From: Methanobacterium sp.
GTDB taxonomy: Archaea > Methanobacteriota > Methanobacteria > Methanobacteriales > Methanobacteriaceae
Direction: 5' to 3'
DNA: 20,326 nucleotides
NCBI GenBank assembly: GCA_003166335.1
Contig: PMWA01000031.1
Location: 61,374-81,699, forward strand
Shown: positions 10,760 to 20,326 of the stretch, piece after piece
Numbering within the stretch: position 1 is the first letter of the stretch
Layout of the letters: every line of letters begins with the position of its first letter
Made by a program: the position numbers and the translations under genes
Notes under the pieces: model-generated
What the model was told of the DNA's origin: nothing
Databases searched by the model: none
Seen by the model: only the letters and a program-made list of their open reading frames with translations

Positions 10760-10978
10760 TGTTTTTCGTTGTCTCCTAGTTGAATTAAATGATTAAATCA
10801 TTCTGATTTTTTGTTTAATCGATTTTTTAGTGGTGTTGATGACTTTTCTAGTTAAAAAAATAGTTTTTATATTTTTTTATTTATATGTATTAGCAGTAGT
10901 TTTATATGTTAGAATCTTATATACTATTAATGTTTATTTCTTCAGAAGTATTACATTATAAATTTATATTACTAATAA

Positions 10979-11002
10979 GTTAATATAAGATTTTATATTA
11001 AC
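10979..11002. promoter_or_regulatory. Candidate operator palindrome GTTAATATAA-GATT-TTATATTAAC in the uvrC/uvrB divergent intergenic region
   Basis: Perfect 10-bp inverted arms; lies just downstream of TATA-like TTTATATT (10963-10970) and 29 nt upstream of the uvrB ATG. Confidence 0.4.
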
Positions 11003-11031
11003 CTTTTTCTAAGAGAGGGATTTCAATAAAA

Positions 11032-12987
11032 ATGACGAATTTTAAAATTATATCAGGTTACAAACCATTAGGCGACCAACCACAAGCTATAAAATCTCTA
11101 AGCAATGGAGTAAAAAATGGTTTGAAACATCAAACATTATTAGGAATTACAGGTTCTGGTAAAACCTTCACCATGGCTAATGTAATACAAGAAGTGCAGA
11201 AACCCACCCTAGTCATGTCACATAATAAAACATTAGCAGCTCAATTATATGAGGAATTTAAGGAATTATTTCCAGATAATGCAGTGGAGTACTTCGTAAG
11301 TTACTATGATTATTACCAACCCGAAGCATATATACCTCACTCTGACACGTACATCGACAAGGAAGCATCAATTAATGATGAAATAGATATGATGCGACAC
11401 TCAGCAACTCAATCATTACTCACCAGGGATGATGTGATTGTAGTCTCCAGTGTAAGCTGCATCTACGGTATCGGATCTCCAGAAGAATATGGAGGTGAAG
11501 TATTAAGCTTAACCGTGGGTGAACAGATTGATCGGGAGGCCATAATAAGCCAATTAGTTAAAATGCAGTATGAAAGAAATGATATAGACTTCAGCCGCGC
11601 TAAATTCCGTGTTAGAGGGGATGTCATAGATGTTTATCCGGCTCATGGTAAAACTGCACTTCGTTTAGAGTTATTCGGCGATGAAATAGAGGCAATATCC
11701 ACTATTGATCCACTGCTGAGAACTGTCCGAAGAAGTTTGGATCATGTCACCATATTCCCAGCGAAGCATTTCATGATAGCAGAATCAAAACTCAGAAAAG
11801 CTTTATATAATATTGAAATGGAATTAGAGGATAGACTCACCATTTTAACAGCGCAGAATAAATTAGTAGAAGCACAGAGACTGGAGCAGAGAACCAAATT
11901 TGATATGGAGATGTTAAACGAGATGGGTTATTGCCCCGGTATTGAAAACTATTCTATGCACCTTTCCGGTAGAAAATGGGGTGAAACACCCTACACCTTA
12001 CTGAAATATTTCCCTGATGATTATTTGACTATAATCGATGAGAGTCACGTGAGTGTTCCCCAGATAGGTGGAATGTATGCAGGTGATAAGGCTCGTAAGG
12101 ATTCATTGGTGGATTATGGCTTCAGATTACCCTCTGCTAGAGAGAATCGTCCCCTTAATTTCCAGGAGTTTGAAACTCTCCAAAATCAAGTCATATACGT
12201 ATCCGCCACACCAGGCAAGTATGAATTGGGTGTAAGTCAAAATGTAGTTCAGCAGATTATAAGACCAACTGGATTAGTGGATCCTCGAGTTATTGTGAAG
12301 CCAGTGCAGGGACAGGTGGATCATCTCCTAGGGGAGATACAAAAACGAGTGAAGGATAATCATCGGATTCTTGTAACTACTTTAACCAAGAAAATGGCTG
12401 AGGATCTTACTGATTACTACGCTAGGGTGGGAGTTAAAGTTAGATATCTACATTCAGAGATCACCACACTAGATAGAATTGATATTATTGATGATCTTCG
12501 TAGAGGTGAATTCGATTGTTTAGTAGGAGTTAACCTTTTAAGAGAGGGTTTAGATCTTCCAGAAGTGTCGTTAGTGGGGATTTTAGATGCGGATAAGGAG
12601 GGATTCTTACGCTCGCAGACATCCCTTATACAAACTATTGGTCGTGCCGCTCGTAATGTGGATGGTCTAGTACTCATGTATGCTGATGAGATAACGGAAT
12701 CAGTGCGTAGTGCAGTGGATATAACTAACAAAAGGCGTGAAATGCAGATAGCTTATAATATGGAGCATGGAATCATTCCTCGTAGTACTGTGAAAACTCT
12801 TAAAGCGAAAACTAAGAAAGAAGATGTAATCTTAACTGATGATGTGGAGAATATGCCCCGGGATGAGTTACATCTCCTCATTAAAGATTTGAAACAGGAA
12901 ATGAGAAAAGCAGCAATTAAACTTGATTTTGAAAACGCTGCCCGATTAAGGGATAAAATCCTAGTTTTAGAAGGAGCATCAAAATAA
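11032..12987 (+). CDS. uvrB: Excinuclease ABC subunit B
   Basis: [17 protein letters not shown], beta-hairpin [31 protein letters not shown]-terminal UVR motif FENAARLRD. Confidence 0.98.
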   Translation: MTNFKIISGYKPLGDQPQAIKSLSNGVKNGLKHQTLLGITGSGKTFTMANVIQEVQKPTLVMSHNKTLAAQLYEEFKELFPDNAVEYFVSYYDYYQPEAYIPHSDTYIDKEASINDEIDMMRHSATQSLLTRDDVIVVSSVSCIYGIGSPEEYGGEVLSLTVGEQIDREAIISQLVKMQYERNDIDFSRAKFRVRGDVIDVYPAHGKTALRLELFGDEIEAISTIDPLLRTVRRSLDHVTIFPAKHFMIAESKLRKALYNIEMELEDRLTILTAQNKLVEAQRLEQRTKFDMEMLNEMGYCPGIENYSMHLSGRKWGETPYTLLKYFPDDYLTIIDESHVSVPQIGGMYAGDKARKDSLVDYGFRLPSARENRPLNFQEFETLQNQVIYVSATPGKYELGVSQNVVQQIIRPTGLVDPRVIVKPVQGQVDHLLGEIQKRVKDNHRILVTTLTKKMAEDLTDYYARVGVKVRYLHSEITTLDRIDIIDDLRRGEFDCLVGVNLLREGLDLPEVSLVGILDADKEGFLRSQTSLIQTIGRAARNVDGLVLMYADEITESVRSAVDITNKRREMQIAYNMEHGIIPRSTVKTLKAKTKKEDVILTDDVENMPRDELHLLIKDLKQEMRKAAIKLDFENAARLRDKILVLEGASK

Positions 12988-12988
12988 T

Positions 12989-15883
12989 ATGATTAAGAAG
13001 GGAAATATAATTATAAAAGGCGCTCGTGAACATAATCTTAATAATATTGATTTAACTATTCCACGGGATAAATTTGTAGTTATAACGGGAATCAGTGGTT
13101 CAGGAAAATCCTCTTTAGCATTTGACACTATATACGCGGAAGGACAGCGGAGATACGTGGAATCTCTCTCCGCATATGCTAGACAGTTTTTAGGGCAAAT
13201 GAAGAAGCCTGAATTGGATTATATTGAGGGATTATCCCCTGCAATATCCATAGATCAGAAAACCACTAAAATGAATCCAAGATCTACAGTAGGTACTGTA
13301 ACTGAGATATATGATTATTTACGTCTTTTATTTGCAAGAGTTGGTGTACCACACTGTTATCAATGTGGTGAAGAGATAAGTCAGCAGACAGCAGGACAAA
13401 TAATGGACAGCATCTTAAAGGATGAGGAAGGAACTAAAATCCAAGTGTTAGCACCAGTGGTGAATGATCGCAAGGGAGAACATCATAAAATATTCGAGGA
13501 CCTTAACAAGAAAGGATTTATAAGGGTCAGAGTAGATGGGAATGTTTCAAATTTAGATGAAGAATTCCACTTGGATAAGAATCGTAAACACACTATTGAA
13601 GTGATTGTGGATAGATTAGCTTTAAGATATGACCGTGACTTTAAAAGAAGATTAGCCGATAGTATAGAAACTGCACTAGAACTGGGTGAAGGATTAGTTA
13701 TCATAGTATACTCTGATGGTCGGGAAAAAGTGTTCAGTGAACACTTCGCCTGTACAAAATGTGATATAAATTTTGAAGAAATCAGCCCTAGAATGTTCTC
13801 ATTCAACAGTCCTCATGGAGCCTGTCCCGAATGTAATGGTTTAGGCAGTAAACTTGAAATAGACACGGACCTCGTAGTCCCTGATATGAATCTTTCCATT
13901 AATGAAGGAGCTATCCTTCCGTGGAGCAAATCAAAAACCAGGGATAATTATTATCATCAAATGATTCAGGCGGTCGCGGATCATTACGGGTTTAGTATGG
14001 ATGTACCATTCCAAGATTTACCAGATGAATATCAGAATATAATATTCTACGGATCCCCTGATAAAATGGAATTTACCTTCAGTAGAAGAGGTAGGCACCA
14101 TCGTGTTAATCGCCGCTTTGAAGGAGTAGTCAGGCGAATGGAACGTATTTATATGGAGACCAAATCCAATTACATGAGAAGCTACATTAATAAGTTCATG
14201 AGTGACCGTAACTGCCCGGTATGCAGTGGAACACGACTACGCCCTGAAAGCCGATCAGTAACCATTGGTGATAAAACTATATCACAAGTAGTGGAGATGC
14301 CCATTAAAGAGTCTAAAAAATTTTTTGAAGAAGTAGAATTAACTGATATGCAGTATTATATTGCACAGGAGATTTTAAAGGAGGTTAAGGAGCGGCTTAA
14401 ATTTTTAGTGGATGTTGGATTGGATTATATTACCATGGACAGGTCATCAGGGACCCTTTCTGGTGGTGAAGCCCAGAGAATACGATTAGCAACTCAGATT
14501 GGTTCAGGTTTAGTGTGTGTACTCTATATTTTAGATGAACCCAGCATAGGATTACATCAAAGGGACAACGCTAGGTTAATAGAAACCCTTAAACGGTTAA
14601 GAGACATTGGAAATACTCTCATAATTGTGGAACATGATGAAGAAACCATATTATCCGCTGATCATGTGGTAGATATTGGACCGGGTGCAGGGGAACATGG
14701 TGGGAATATTATAGCATCTGGAACACCTCCAGAGATAATGAATAACACTGAATCCATAACTGGAAGATATTTATCACGAAGAGAGATCATCAGAGTACCC
14801 AGTGAACGTAAAAAATCGAATGGATATTCAGTCATTGTTAAGGGAGCAAGACATAACAATCTCAAAGATATTGATGTAACATTTCCACTGGGAGTTTTAA
14901 CGTGTATAACCGGAGTTTCCGGGTCGGGTAAAAGCACACTCGTAAATGATGTGCTGTACAAGGGATTGTATGGAAAAATAAATCATAAAAACCTTCTCGG
15001 CGGGAAGCATGATGATATATTGGGATGGGAGAATTTAGATAAAGTAATCATCATTGATCAATCTCCTATAGGACGTACTCCGCGCTCTAATCCTGCAACT
15101 TATACTGGATTATTCACTTATATACGAGAAATCTTCTCTCAAACACCTACATCTAAAAAACGTGGATATAAACCTGGTCGGTTCAGTTTCAACGTTAAAG
15201 GAGGGCGTTGTGAAGCATGCAGTGGTGATGGGATAATTAAAATTGAGATGCACTTTTTAGCGGATGTTTATGTGCCATGCGAAGTGTGTAATGGAAAACG
15301 TTATAATAGGGAAACCTTGGATGTACGTTATAAAAATAAAAATATTTCTGAAGTTTTAAATATGACTGTAGAGGAAGCATTAGAGTTTTTCGAGAATATT
15401 CCTCGCATTCATAAAAAACTTAAAACCTTAAATGATGTGGGGTTGGGTTACATTAAGTTAGGCCAGCCAGCCACTACGTTATCTGGTGGTGAAGCTCAGC
15501 GAGTGAAGCTTTCCAAGGAACTAAGCCGTCAAAGCACTGGTAAAACATTATATATACTGGATGAACCTACCACAGGTTTGCACTTTGCTGACATTAAAAA
15601 ACTTTTACATGTACTGGAAAGGCTGCGTGACTCGGGAAATACGGTTATAGTCATTGAACATAATTTAGATGTTATAAAAACTGCGGATTACCTTATTGAC
15701 TTAGGTCCTGAGGGTGGAGATGAAGGTGGATTGGTAGTTGCAAATGGAACACCCGAAGAAGTTGCATTAAGTGGAACTTACACGGGAGAATTCCTAAAAC
15801 AAGTATTAAGTGATAATGAATTAATTAAACAATTTGATGTTGAAGATGAAATTGTATCTGAAGAATCAGGGAATAATAAATAA
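12989..15883 (+). CDS. uvrA: Excinuclease ABC subunit A
   Basis: Two ABC domains ([16 protein letters not shown]; two [11 protein letters not shown] Walker B) with CxxC zinc fingers. Starts 1 nt after the uvrB stop, suggesting coupled translation. Confidence 0.98.
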   Translation: MIKKGNIIIKGAREHNLNNIDLTIPRDKFVVITGISGSGKSSLAFDTIYAEGQRRYVESLSAYARQFLGQMKKPELDYIEGLSPAISIDQKTTKMNPRSTVGTVTEIYDYLRLLFARVGVPHCYQCGEEISQQTAGQIMDSILKDEEGTKIQVLAPVVNDRKGEHHKIFEDLNKKGFIRVRVDGNVSNLDEEFHLDKNRKHTIEVIVDRLALRYDRDFKRRLADSIETALELGEGLVIIVYSDGREKVFSEHFACTKCDINFEEISPRMFSFNSPHGACPECNGLGSKLEIDTDLVVPDMNLSINEGAILPWSKSKTRDNYYHQMIQAVADHYGFSMDVPFQDLPDEYQNIIFYGSPDKMEFTFSRRGRHHRVNRRFEGVVRRMERIYMETKSNYMRSYINKFMSDRNCPVCSGTRLRPESRSVTIGDKTISQVVEMPIKESKKFFEEVELTDMQYYIAQEILKEVKERLKFLVDVGLDYITMDRSSGTLSGGEAQRIRLATQIGSGLVCVLYILDEPSIGLHQRDNARLIETLKRLRDIGNTLIIVEHDEETILSADHVVDIGPGAGEHGGNIIASGTPPEIMNNTESITGRYLSRREIIRVPSERKKSNGYSVIVKGARHNNLKDIDVTFPLGVLTCITGVSGSGKSTLVNDVLYKGLYGKINHKNLLGGKHDDILGWENLDKVIIIDQSPIGRTPRSNPATYTGLFTYIREIFSQTPTSKKRGYKPGRFSFNVKGGRCEACSGDGIIKIEMHFLADVYVPCEVCNGKRYNRETLDVRYKNKNISEVLNMTVEEALEFFENIPRIHKKLKTLNDVGLGYIKLGQPATTLSGGEAQRVKLSKELSRQSTGKTLYILDEPTTGLHFADIKKLLHVLERLRDSGNTVIVIEHNLDVIKTADYLIDLGPEGGDEGGLVVANGTPEEVALSGTYTGEFLKQVLSDNELIKQFDVEDEIVSEESGNNK

Positions 15884-15911
15884 AAACTAGAATAAATTTT
15901 TAAATACAATC

Positions 15912-15921
15912 TTTTTTTTTT
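15912..15921 (+). terminator. Oligo-T terminator after uvrA
   Basis: T10 run about 28 nt after the stop codon. Confidence 0.5.
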
Positions 15922-16045
15922 ATTTTAACTAAAATTTAATATCCTAAAATCAACATATGAATATGATATAAGAAGGTTTTGGGAATTTCATTTTAAATAT
16001 TTTTTTGCTTGAATGAATTCTTATTTATTTCGGGGTAGATTTAAA

Positions 16046-16963
16046 ATGGCTGGTAATGAAAGTGATGTTCTTCTAGTAAAAACAGCGGATAGAAATGAAG
16101 GTATAAAGAGATTACTGGATAAATTTGATTTAAAAGATTTCAATCAAAAAAAAGTCGCTATCAAAGCTAACTATAACAGTGCTGATCCCTTCCCAGCGAG
16201 TACTCACATTCAAACTCTTCAATCTTTAGTGGAGAACCTGCAGGAAGCAGGATCATCAAGTTTGGTGCTTGCCGAGCGTAGTGGGATGGGTGACACACGC
16301 CGAGTATTGGAGAAGATGGGTGTATTAAATTTATCGAATAAATTAGGCTTTGAAGCAATTGTTCTTGATGAAGAAGAGAAGGATGATTGGATTAAAATTG
16401 ATGGTAAAGGTAATCACTGGATGCGTGGTTTTTATATCAGTAAAATATTCCGGGAAGCAGATAAAGTAGTACAAACTTGTTGTCTAAAAACACATAGATT
16501 TGGAGGTCACTTCACTCTCTCCTTAAAGAATTCCGTGGGTTTAGTTGCTAAAAAATTGCCGCGAAGTGTTTATAATTATATGGGGGAATTACATCTTTCA
16601 CCTTATCAAAGAATGATGATCGCTGAGATTAATGAACATTATAATGTTGATCTGATTTTAATGGATGGTATGAAGGCTTTCTTAAATAAAGGTCCTGAAA
16701 GAGGATTAGTTACTGAGCCTAACTTGTTACTAGCCTCTAAGGATCGGGTGGCTATAGATGCAGTAGGTGTAGCTATTTTAAGACATTATGGTGCCACGCA
16801 TAATGTTATGCAGGGTCGTATATTTGAACAGGATCAGATAAAAAGAGCAGTGGAACTAGAAATAGGAGTGAATTCACCCGAGAGAATAAATTTAATTCCA
16901 ATTGACGAGGAAAGTCAGGATACTGTTGATAATATTAATAATATCCTTAGGGAACAAGGATGA
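16046..16963 (+). CDS. DUF362 domain protein (putative Fe-S-associated)
   Basis: VAIKAN...STH, AERSG, CLKTH...FTLSLKN, D.VAIDAV motifs. ATG 16046 follows GGGGT and is preferred over the track's 16013. Confidence 0.85.
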   Translation: MAGNESDVLLVKTADRNEGIKRLLDKFDLKDFNQKKVAIKANYNSADPFPASTHIQTLQSLVENLQEAGSSSLVLAERSGMGDTRRVLEKMGVLNLSNKLGFEAIVLDEEEKDDWIKIDGKGNHWMRGFYISKIFREADKVVQTCCLKTHRFGGHFTLSLKNSVGLVAKKLPRSVYNYMGELHLSPYQRMMIAEINEHYNVDLILMDGMKAFLNKGPERGLVTEPNLLLASKDRVAIDAVGVAILRHYGATHNVMQGRIFEQDQIKRAVELEIGVNSPERINLIPIDEESQDTVDNINNILREQG

Positions 16964-17090
16964 AAAATAGTTATTTAATGAATTTTTTAATTTAAAGAAT
17001 AAACGTATTTAAATGAAAAATTGAGATTCAAATATATTTTAATAATGAATTAGAAGAAGATATATCAAAGATACACTCAAAAATTTTTTT

Positions 17091-17540
17091 TTACTTATCA
17101 TCCATTTTTAAGAGGATATCTCTGATGTTTTCTATTGATTCGTAGAATTTTTCAAGATCTTCGTTAGATAAAGTGGATAAGTTCATTTTTATCTCAGTAT
17201 TGGAATATTTTCGCCAGTCTTTCAAAAGTTCCTTTCCTTTATCTGTTAGTGCTATGTTAATTACTCTTCGATCGTTTTTATCAGGTAATCTTTCTGCTAA
17301 CCCGTTTTCTACAAGTTTATCAATTAAAGAGGTCATATTTGATTTTGATATGTAAACTAACCTTCCAATTTCAGACATGGGTAGTTCACCGCGTTTCTTC
17401 AGCACTTTTAAGATGTGATAAAAAGAATGTGGAATTTTCTTTTGTTTTAAATTTTTTTTATGTTTAAAAAGTTTTTTTCGAAACAAAGGAAAAAACAAAT
17501 ATAAGTCATCAACCATTTTGTTCAATTTTTCCTCATCCAT
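17091..17540 (-). CDS. MarR family transcriptional regulator
   Basis: wHTH: LPMSEIGRLVYISKSNMTSLIDKLVENGLAER..D.NDRR...IALTDKG; GGGTGA RBS. Confidence 0.95.
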   Translation of the reverse strand: MDEEKLNKMVDDLYLFFPLFRKKLFKHKKNLKQKKIPHSFYHILKVLKKRGELPMSEIGRLVYISKSNMTSLIDKLVENGLAERLPDKNDRRVINIALTDKGKELLKDWRKYSNTEIKMNLSTLSNEDLEKFYESIENIRDILLKMDDK

Positions 17541-17789
17541 CTAAATTCACCCATTTTATAATATTTAATATAAATCACCTATAAAAAAGAATAATCTCTA
17601 ATTTAATATAATATGTACTAAATGGTAAATTAGTATGCTAACATTATAATATAAATAATCAGTATAAATAGGGATTTAACTATCAGTAATAAATTTTTTA
17701 AATTAATGTCTTCTTAGATAATTCTAAAACTAATCAAATATTCTCCTAATTTATAATATTTTTCTTAAAATAAAAAAAAATATTTTATG

Positions 17790-17821
17790 AGACTAATAAA
17801 TTTTACTAAACTTATTAGTCT
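17790..17821 (-). terminator. Hairpin AGACTAATAA-N12-TTATTAGTCT followed by a T-run on the minus strand
   Basis: Perfect 10-bp arms about 50 nt downstream of the 17871 stop; A9 at 17772-17780 reads T9 on the minus strand. Could instead be a protein-binding site. Confidence 0.5.
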
Positions 17822-17870
17822 GTTTTATTAAAAAATTAAAATTTAATCTAAAAAAATATTTCTAATGTTT

Positions 17871-18203
17871 TTATTCTTTTAACATGTCACGGACCATTTT
17901 AAGCAGTTCAATTTTTTGTTCTGCCATGGATGCTTTCATATCCATTTTGGTGGCTACAAGTTTTTGTTTCTCTTTCAGCAGTTCAATGTTTTGTTGTGCC
18001 ATAGATATTTTCATATCCATTTTTTTAACTAAAAGTTTCTTCTTATCTTCGTCAGAGAGGTGTTCCATTATTTTTTTTATGAATATTTTTTTCATTATTA
18101 ATTTTCTGTGCATTTCATCGGGTTTATGTCCCCATTTCATTTCATGATGCATTTTATCACCATATTCTTTTTTCATATGTTCACTTTTCATTTCATCACA
18201 CAT
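17871..18203 (-). CDS. Small Met/Lys/His-rich helical hypothetical protein with a 25-aa tandem repeat
   Basis: 110-aa ORF with an upstream TATA box and downstream terminator-like hairpin; repeat period is a multiple of 3 and conserved at protein level. Confidence 0.75.
   Translation of the reverse strand: MCDEMKSEHMKKEYGDKMHHEMKWGHKPDEMHRKLIMKKIFIKKIMEHLSDEDKKKLLVKKMDMKISMAQQNIELLKEKQKLVATKMDMKASMAEQKIELLKMVRDMLKE
17902..18023 (-). repeat. Intragenic 75-bp-period duplication
   Basis: AGCAGTTCAAT at 17902 and 17977; TTCATATCCATTTT at 17935 and 18010. Encodes KMDMK.SMA.Q.IELLK twice. Confidence 0.85.
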
Positions 18204-18278
18204 TATATCACTGATTCCTATTTTTTTTTATGAGTGTAAATTATATTTTTTATATAAAATTCTTTATTTGATCCACCC

Positions 18279-18310
18279 ATAGTTATGATATATAACTATT
18301 TACATATAAA
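18279..18310 (-). promoter_or_regulatory. Minus-strand TATA box plus palindromic operator ATAGTTAT-N5-ATAACTAT
   Basis: Minus strand reads AGAAATG-TTTATATG (TATA 18310-18303, purine-rich BRE-like upstream), then a perfect 8-bp inverted repeat at 18279-18299 covering the TATA-to-start-site interval. Confidence 0.6.
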
Positions 18311-18677
18311 CATTTCTATACATAACAGTTTAACAGATTATATGTATAATATATAACAAAATAATCCCTTTATATCAAATTCGTTTAAATATTTGTAACC
18401 AAATATACCACGAAAAAATTAGGATTAGAATCATTCAAATAAGCATATAATTAATATTAATCACCTGAATATTATATAAAAAATTATTTTATTTAAAAAA
18501 TTAATTTAATAAGAATCAAAACCTATATTACATATTTTCATTAAATATTAAGTCTAAAAGAATGGGTTTTAGTAAAATAATAATAGAGTTAATTATTATT
18601 CGTTGACTTACTAAATATTTTTCAAAAAAAGTTAAATATTTAAATTAAAATAATTTCTGGTGGAGATGTATTCAAAT

Positions 18678-19613
18678 ATGAGTCTTATTATGTGTTATAT
18701 TGGAAATCGTGGAACTGTTATAATAGGCGATAAGCGTAGAATCGGTTTTTTTGGGGATGAAATAAAAAGAGAACAGTTAGAGGAAGAATTATATTCAGGA
18801 TCCATTAAAACCTATGGTGAAATGCTTAAAAGGGCAGCTGAATTAAACATTACTCTTAAGATAGTCGATGATGCTCAAAAAGTGCGAGAGATAGGAGAAG
18901 TAGTGGTAGGTGAAGTTAGGTTTAAAACACCCTTCGAAACTAAAAGGAAAAGAATTTATGCAACTACGGGCAGTTACAGTATAGTGGAACTTTTAGGCTC
19001 CACTATAAAGACGATGAAAACAGGAGAAACCTCAATCGTAGTTTTTGGAAACAAAATAACTAAAGAAATAGCAAATCAAGCCCTTAAAAAATATTTGAAA
19101 GATAAAATATCCCTCAAAGGCATAGGAGAAATTTTTAAATCAATAATAAGGGAAGTTTCAAGCATCACACCAACTGTTAGCAAAGAATATGATTTCTTAA
19201 TAAAGCATTCCACTTTAAATAAAAAACAATCCCGTGAACTGATTAGAAGCACTATTATAGAGGATGTGAAGGAATTAGAGAAAATGCGGAGTGGATTAAG
19301 GGATCAAATGGTGAATGCTGCTAAAAGTATAGAAATGGCTTCAAAGATAATGGAGGAAGGTGAAATTGGAAGAATTCTGAAGGTGCAAGGTAACACTGTG
19401 GAAATAATACTCAAAGAAGGGGTAGAAGCCCGGGATACTGACTGGAATTTGAAGGTTAAACAGGGGGAACTGGTGACAATGACGGTGGAAGAGCCGGGGT
19501 TGGTTTCTATAGGTGATATTGCGGTTATTGAAAATGAAAACTTATGTATCATGCGAACTAAATGTGATTTGAAATGCAATGTTATTTTATGTAAAGCTAA
19601 TGGTAAAAGTTAA
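18678..19613 (+). CDS. DUF2121 family protein (Connectase-like, proteasome-beta-related Ntn fold) with C-terminal coiled coil and beta domain
   Basis: MSLIMCYIG..G.VIIGDKRRI.F.G...REQLEEELYSG.IKT matches the DUF2121 N-terminus. ATG 18678 gives Ser1 after Met removal; GGTGGAG lies upstream. The track's GTG start at 18660 falls within that RBS. Confidence 0.85.
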   Translation: MSLIMCYIGNRGTVIIGDKRRIGFFGDEIKREQLEEELYSGSIKTYGEMLKRAAELNITLKIVDDAQKVREIGEVVVGEVRFKTPFETKRKRIYATTGSYSIVELLGSTIKTMKTGETSIVVFGNKITKEIANQALKKYLKDKISLKGIGEIFKSIIREVSSITPTVSKEYDFLIKHSTLNKKQSRELIRSTIIEDVKELEKMRSGLRDQMVNAAKSIEMASKIMEEGEIGRILKVQGNTVEIILKEGVEARDTDWNLKVKQGELVTMTVEEPGLVSIGDIAVIENENLCIMRTKCDLKCNVILCKANGKS

Positions 19614-20108
19614 GCTTTCTATTTTTGCAAGTGTAAAAATTATTAAGTATTATCCTTCATAGTGGTAACTGGTAATTTTTTGGATTTCCAATAAAAAATC
19701 AATGTTTTTGCGTTACTAAAAAATTAAAATTATTTTTTACAAAGTAAATTTAAAATTTAACTATGCTGATATTGAATTTTATAATTTATAATTTTCACAG
19801 CATATGCCCGCTTGTTCGATTGCTCGCTATCTATCAAACATGTGTATAAAAGTCTCTAACATTAAAGGATTAATTAAACAGCGCTTGCCTTATTGTTTCA
19901 GGGTTCAAATTTTTGAAATATCAGATTAGAAGGATTTCCTGTAATCTATGCTATGTTATAGTGTGTGAAAATTCTCGCGCTTGTTTGCGTGGTTGCTTGC
20001 ATGCTTATTCTTGAAAAATAATTTAATTAAAAAGACTCCATGAATTTTAGAAAAAAAACTAAAACAATAAATTTTCTTTAATCTTCAATCATTTTAGATT
20101 TTATTTCA

Positions 20109-20326
20109 TTATATACTCCTATTATCCTCTAATTGTTTTCCCATAGTTTTTATAACTTGTACATCAACTGAACTTTGAGCAGGATTTAGGATTCCGTCCC
20201 CTGAATAGAATTTATTAGTAATTCCTTGCAAATATTGAATATCAAACATAGATGTCACTGAGGTTATAGTACCAGTGTTGTAACAATTCGTTAGCATTAA
20301 AGACCCACTGTTGTAGATTCCACCAC
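20109..20326 (-). CDS. 3' end of a probable surface/adhesin-like protein (or remnant); start lies beyond the right edge
   Basis: Frame stays open upstream of ATG 20297 to the edge: GGIYNSGSLMLTNCYNTGTITS... GGxIYNxGxLxLxNC resembles beta-helix repeats of Methanobacteriales adhesin-like proteins. Confidence 0.5.
   Translation of the reverse strand, partial: GGIYNSGSLMLTNCYNTGTITSVTSMFDIQYLQGITNKFYSGDGILNPAQSSVDVQVIKTMGKQLEDNRSI

Noticed and set aside
14450..14550. Uvr[12 protein letters not shown] instead of the usual LVGVLY
   Set aside because: Single substitution outside the catalytic residues; no other sign of decay.
18218..18280. 20-codon minus-strand uORF (MGGSNKEFYIKNIIYTHKKK) ending at an A9 tract
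   Set aside because: Very short, out of frame with the downstream gene, and no evidence of translation or phase variation.
6120..19579. Remaining short track ORFs nested in or antisense to major genes (e.g. 7922..8521, 9237..9494, 12417..12731, 13483..13806, 14662..14961, 17884..18147, 19304..19579)
   Set aside because: Shadow frames of well-supported genes.

Overview
AT-rich archaeal chromosomal window. Gene content (DUF2121, REC-PAS-MetOD1-like regulator, DUF361-type pilin, bacterial-type uvrABC) points to a Methanobacteriaceae methanogen; this is inferred, not searched. Left to right: a cluster of class III (type IV pilin-like) signal-peptide genes (three on the minus strand, the last missed by the ORF track and running off the left edge, plus one divergent QxSxE pilin); a small membrane protein; an M42 aminopeptidase; a DUF4013-like membrane protein; a REC-PAS-Cys-rich response regulator followed by a single-domain KaiC/RAD55 ATPase; uvrC divergent from uvrB-uvrA; a DUF362 protein; a MarR regulator; a small Met/Lys/His-rich repeat protein; a DUF2121 Connectase-like protein; a structured intergenic segment; and the 3' end of a probable GGxIYN-type surface protein. 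I saw no rRNA, tRNA, CRISPR array or mobile element. Best leads: the pilin/adhesin locus, the KaiC-response regulator module, a palindrome in the uvr divergon, an operator upstream of the Met/His-rich protein near marR, and a possible ncRNA at about 19.76-20.0 kb.
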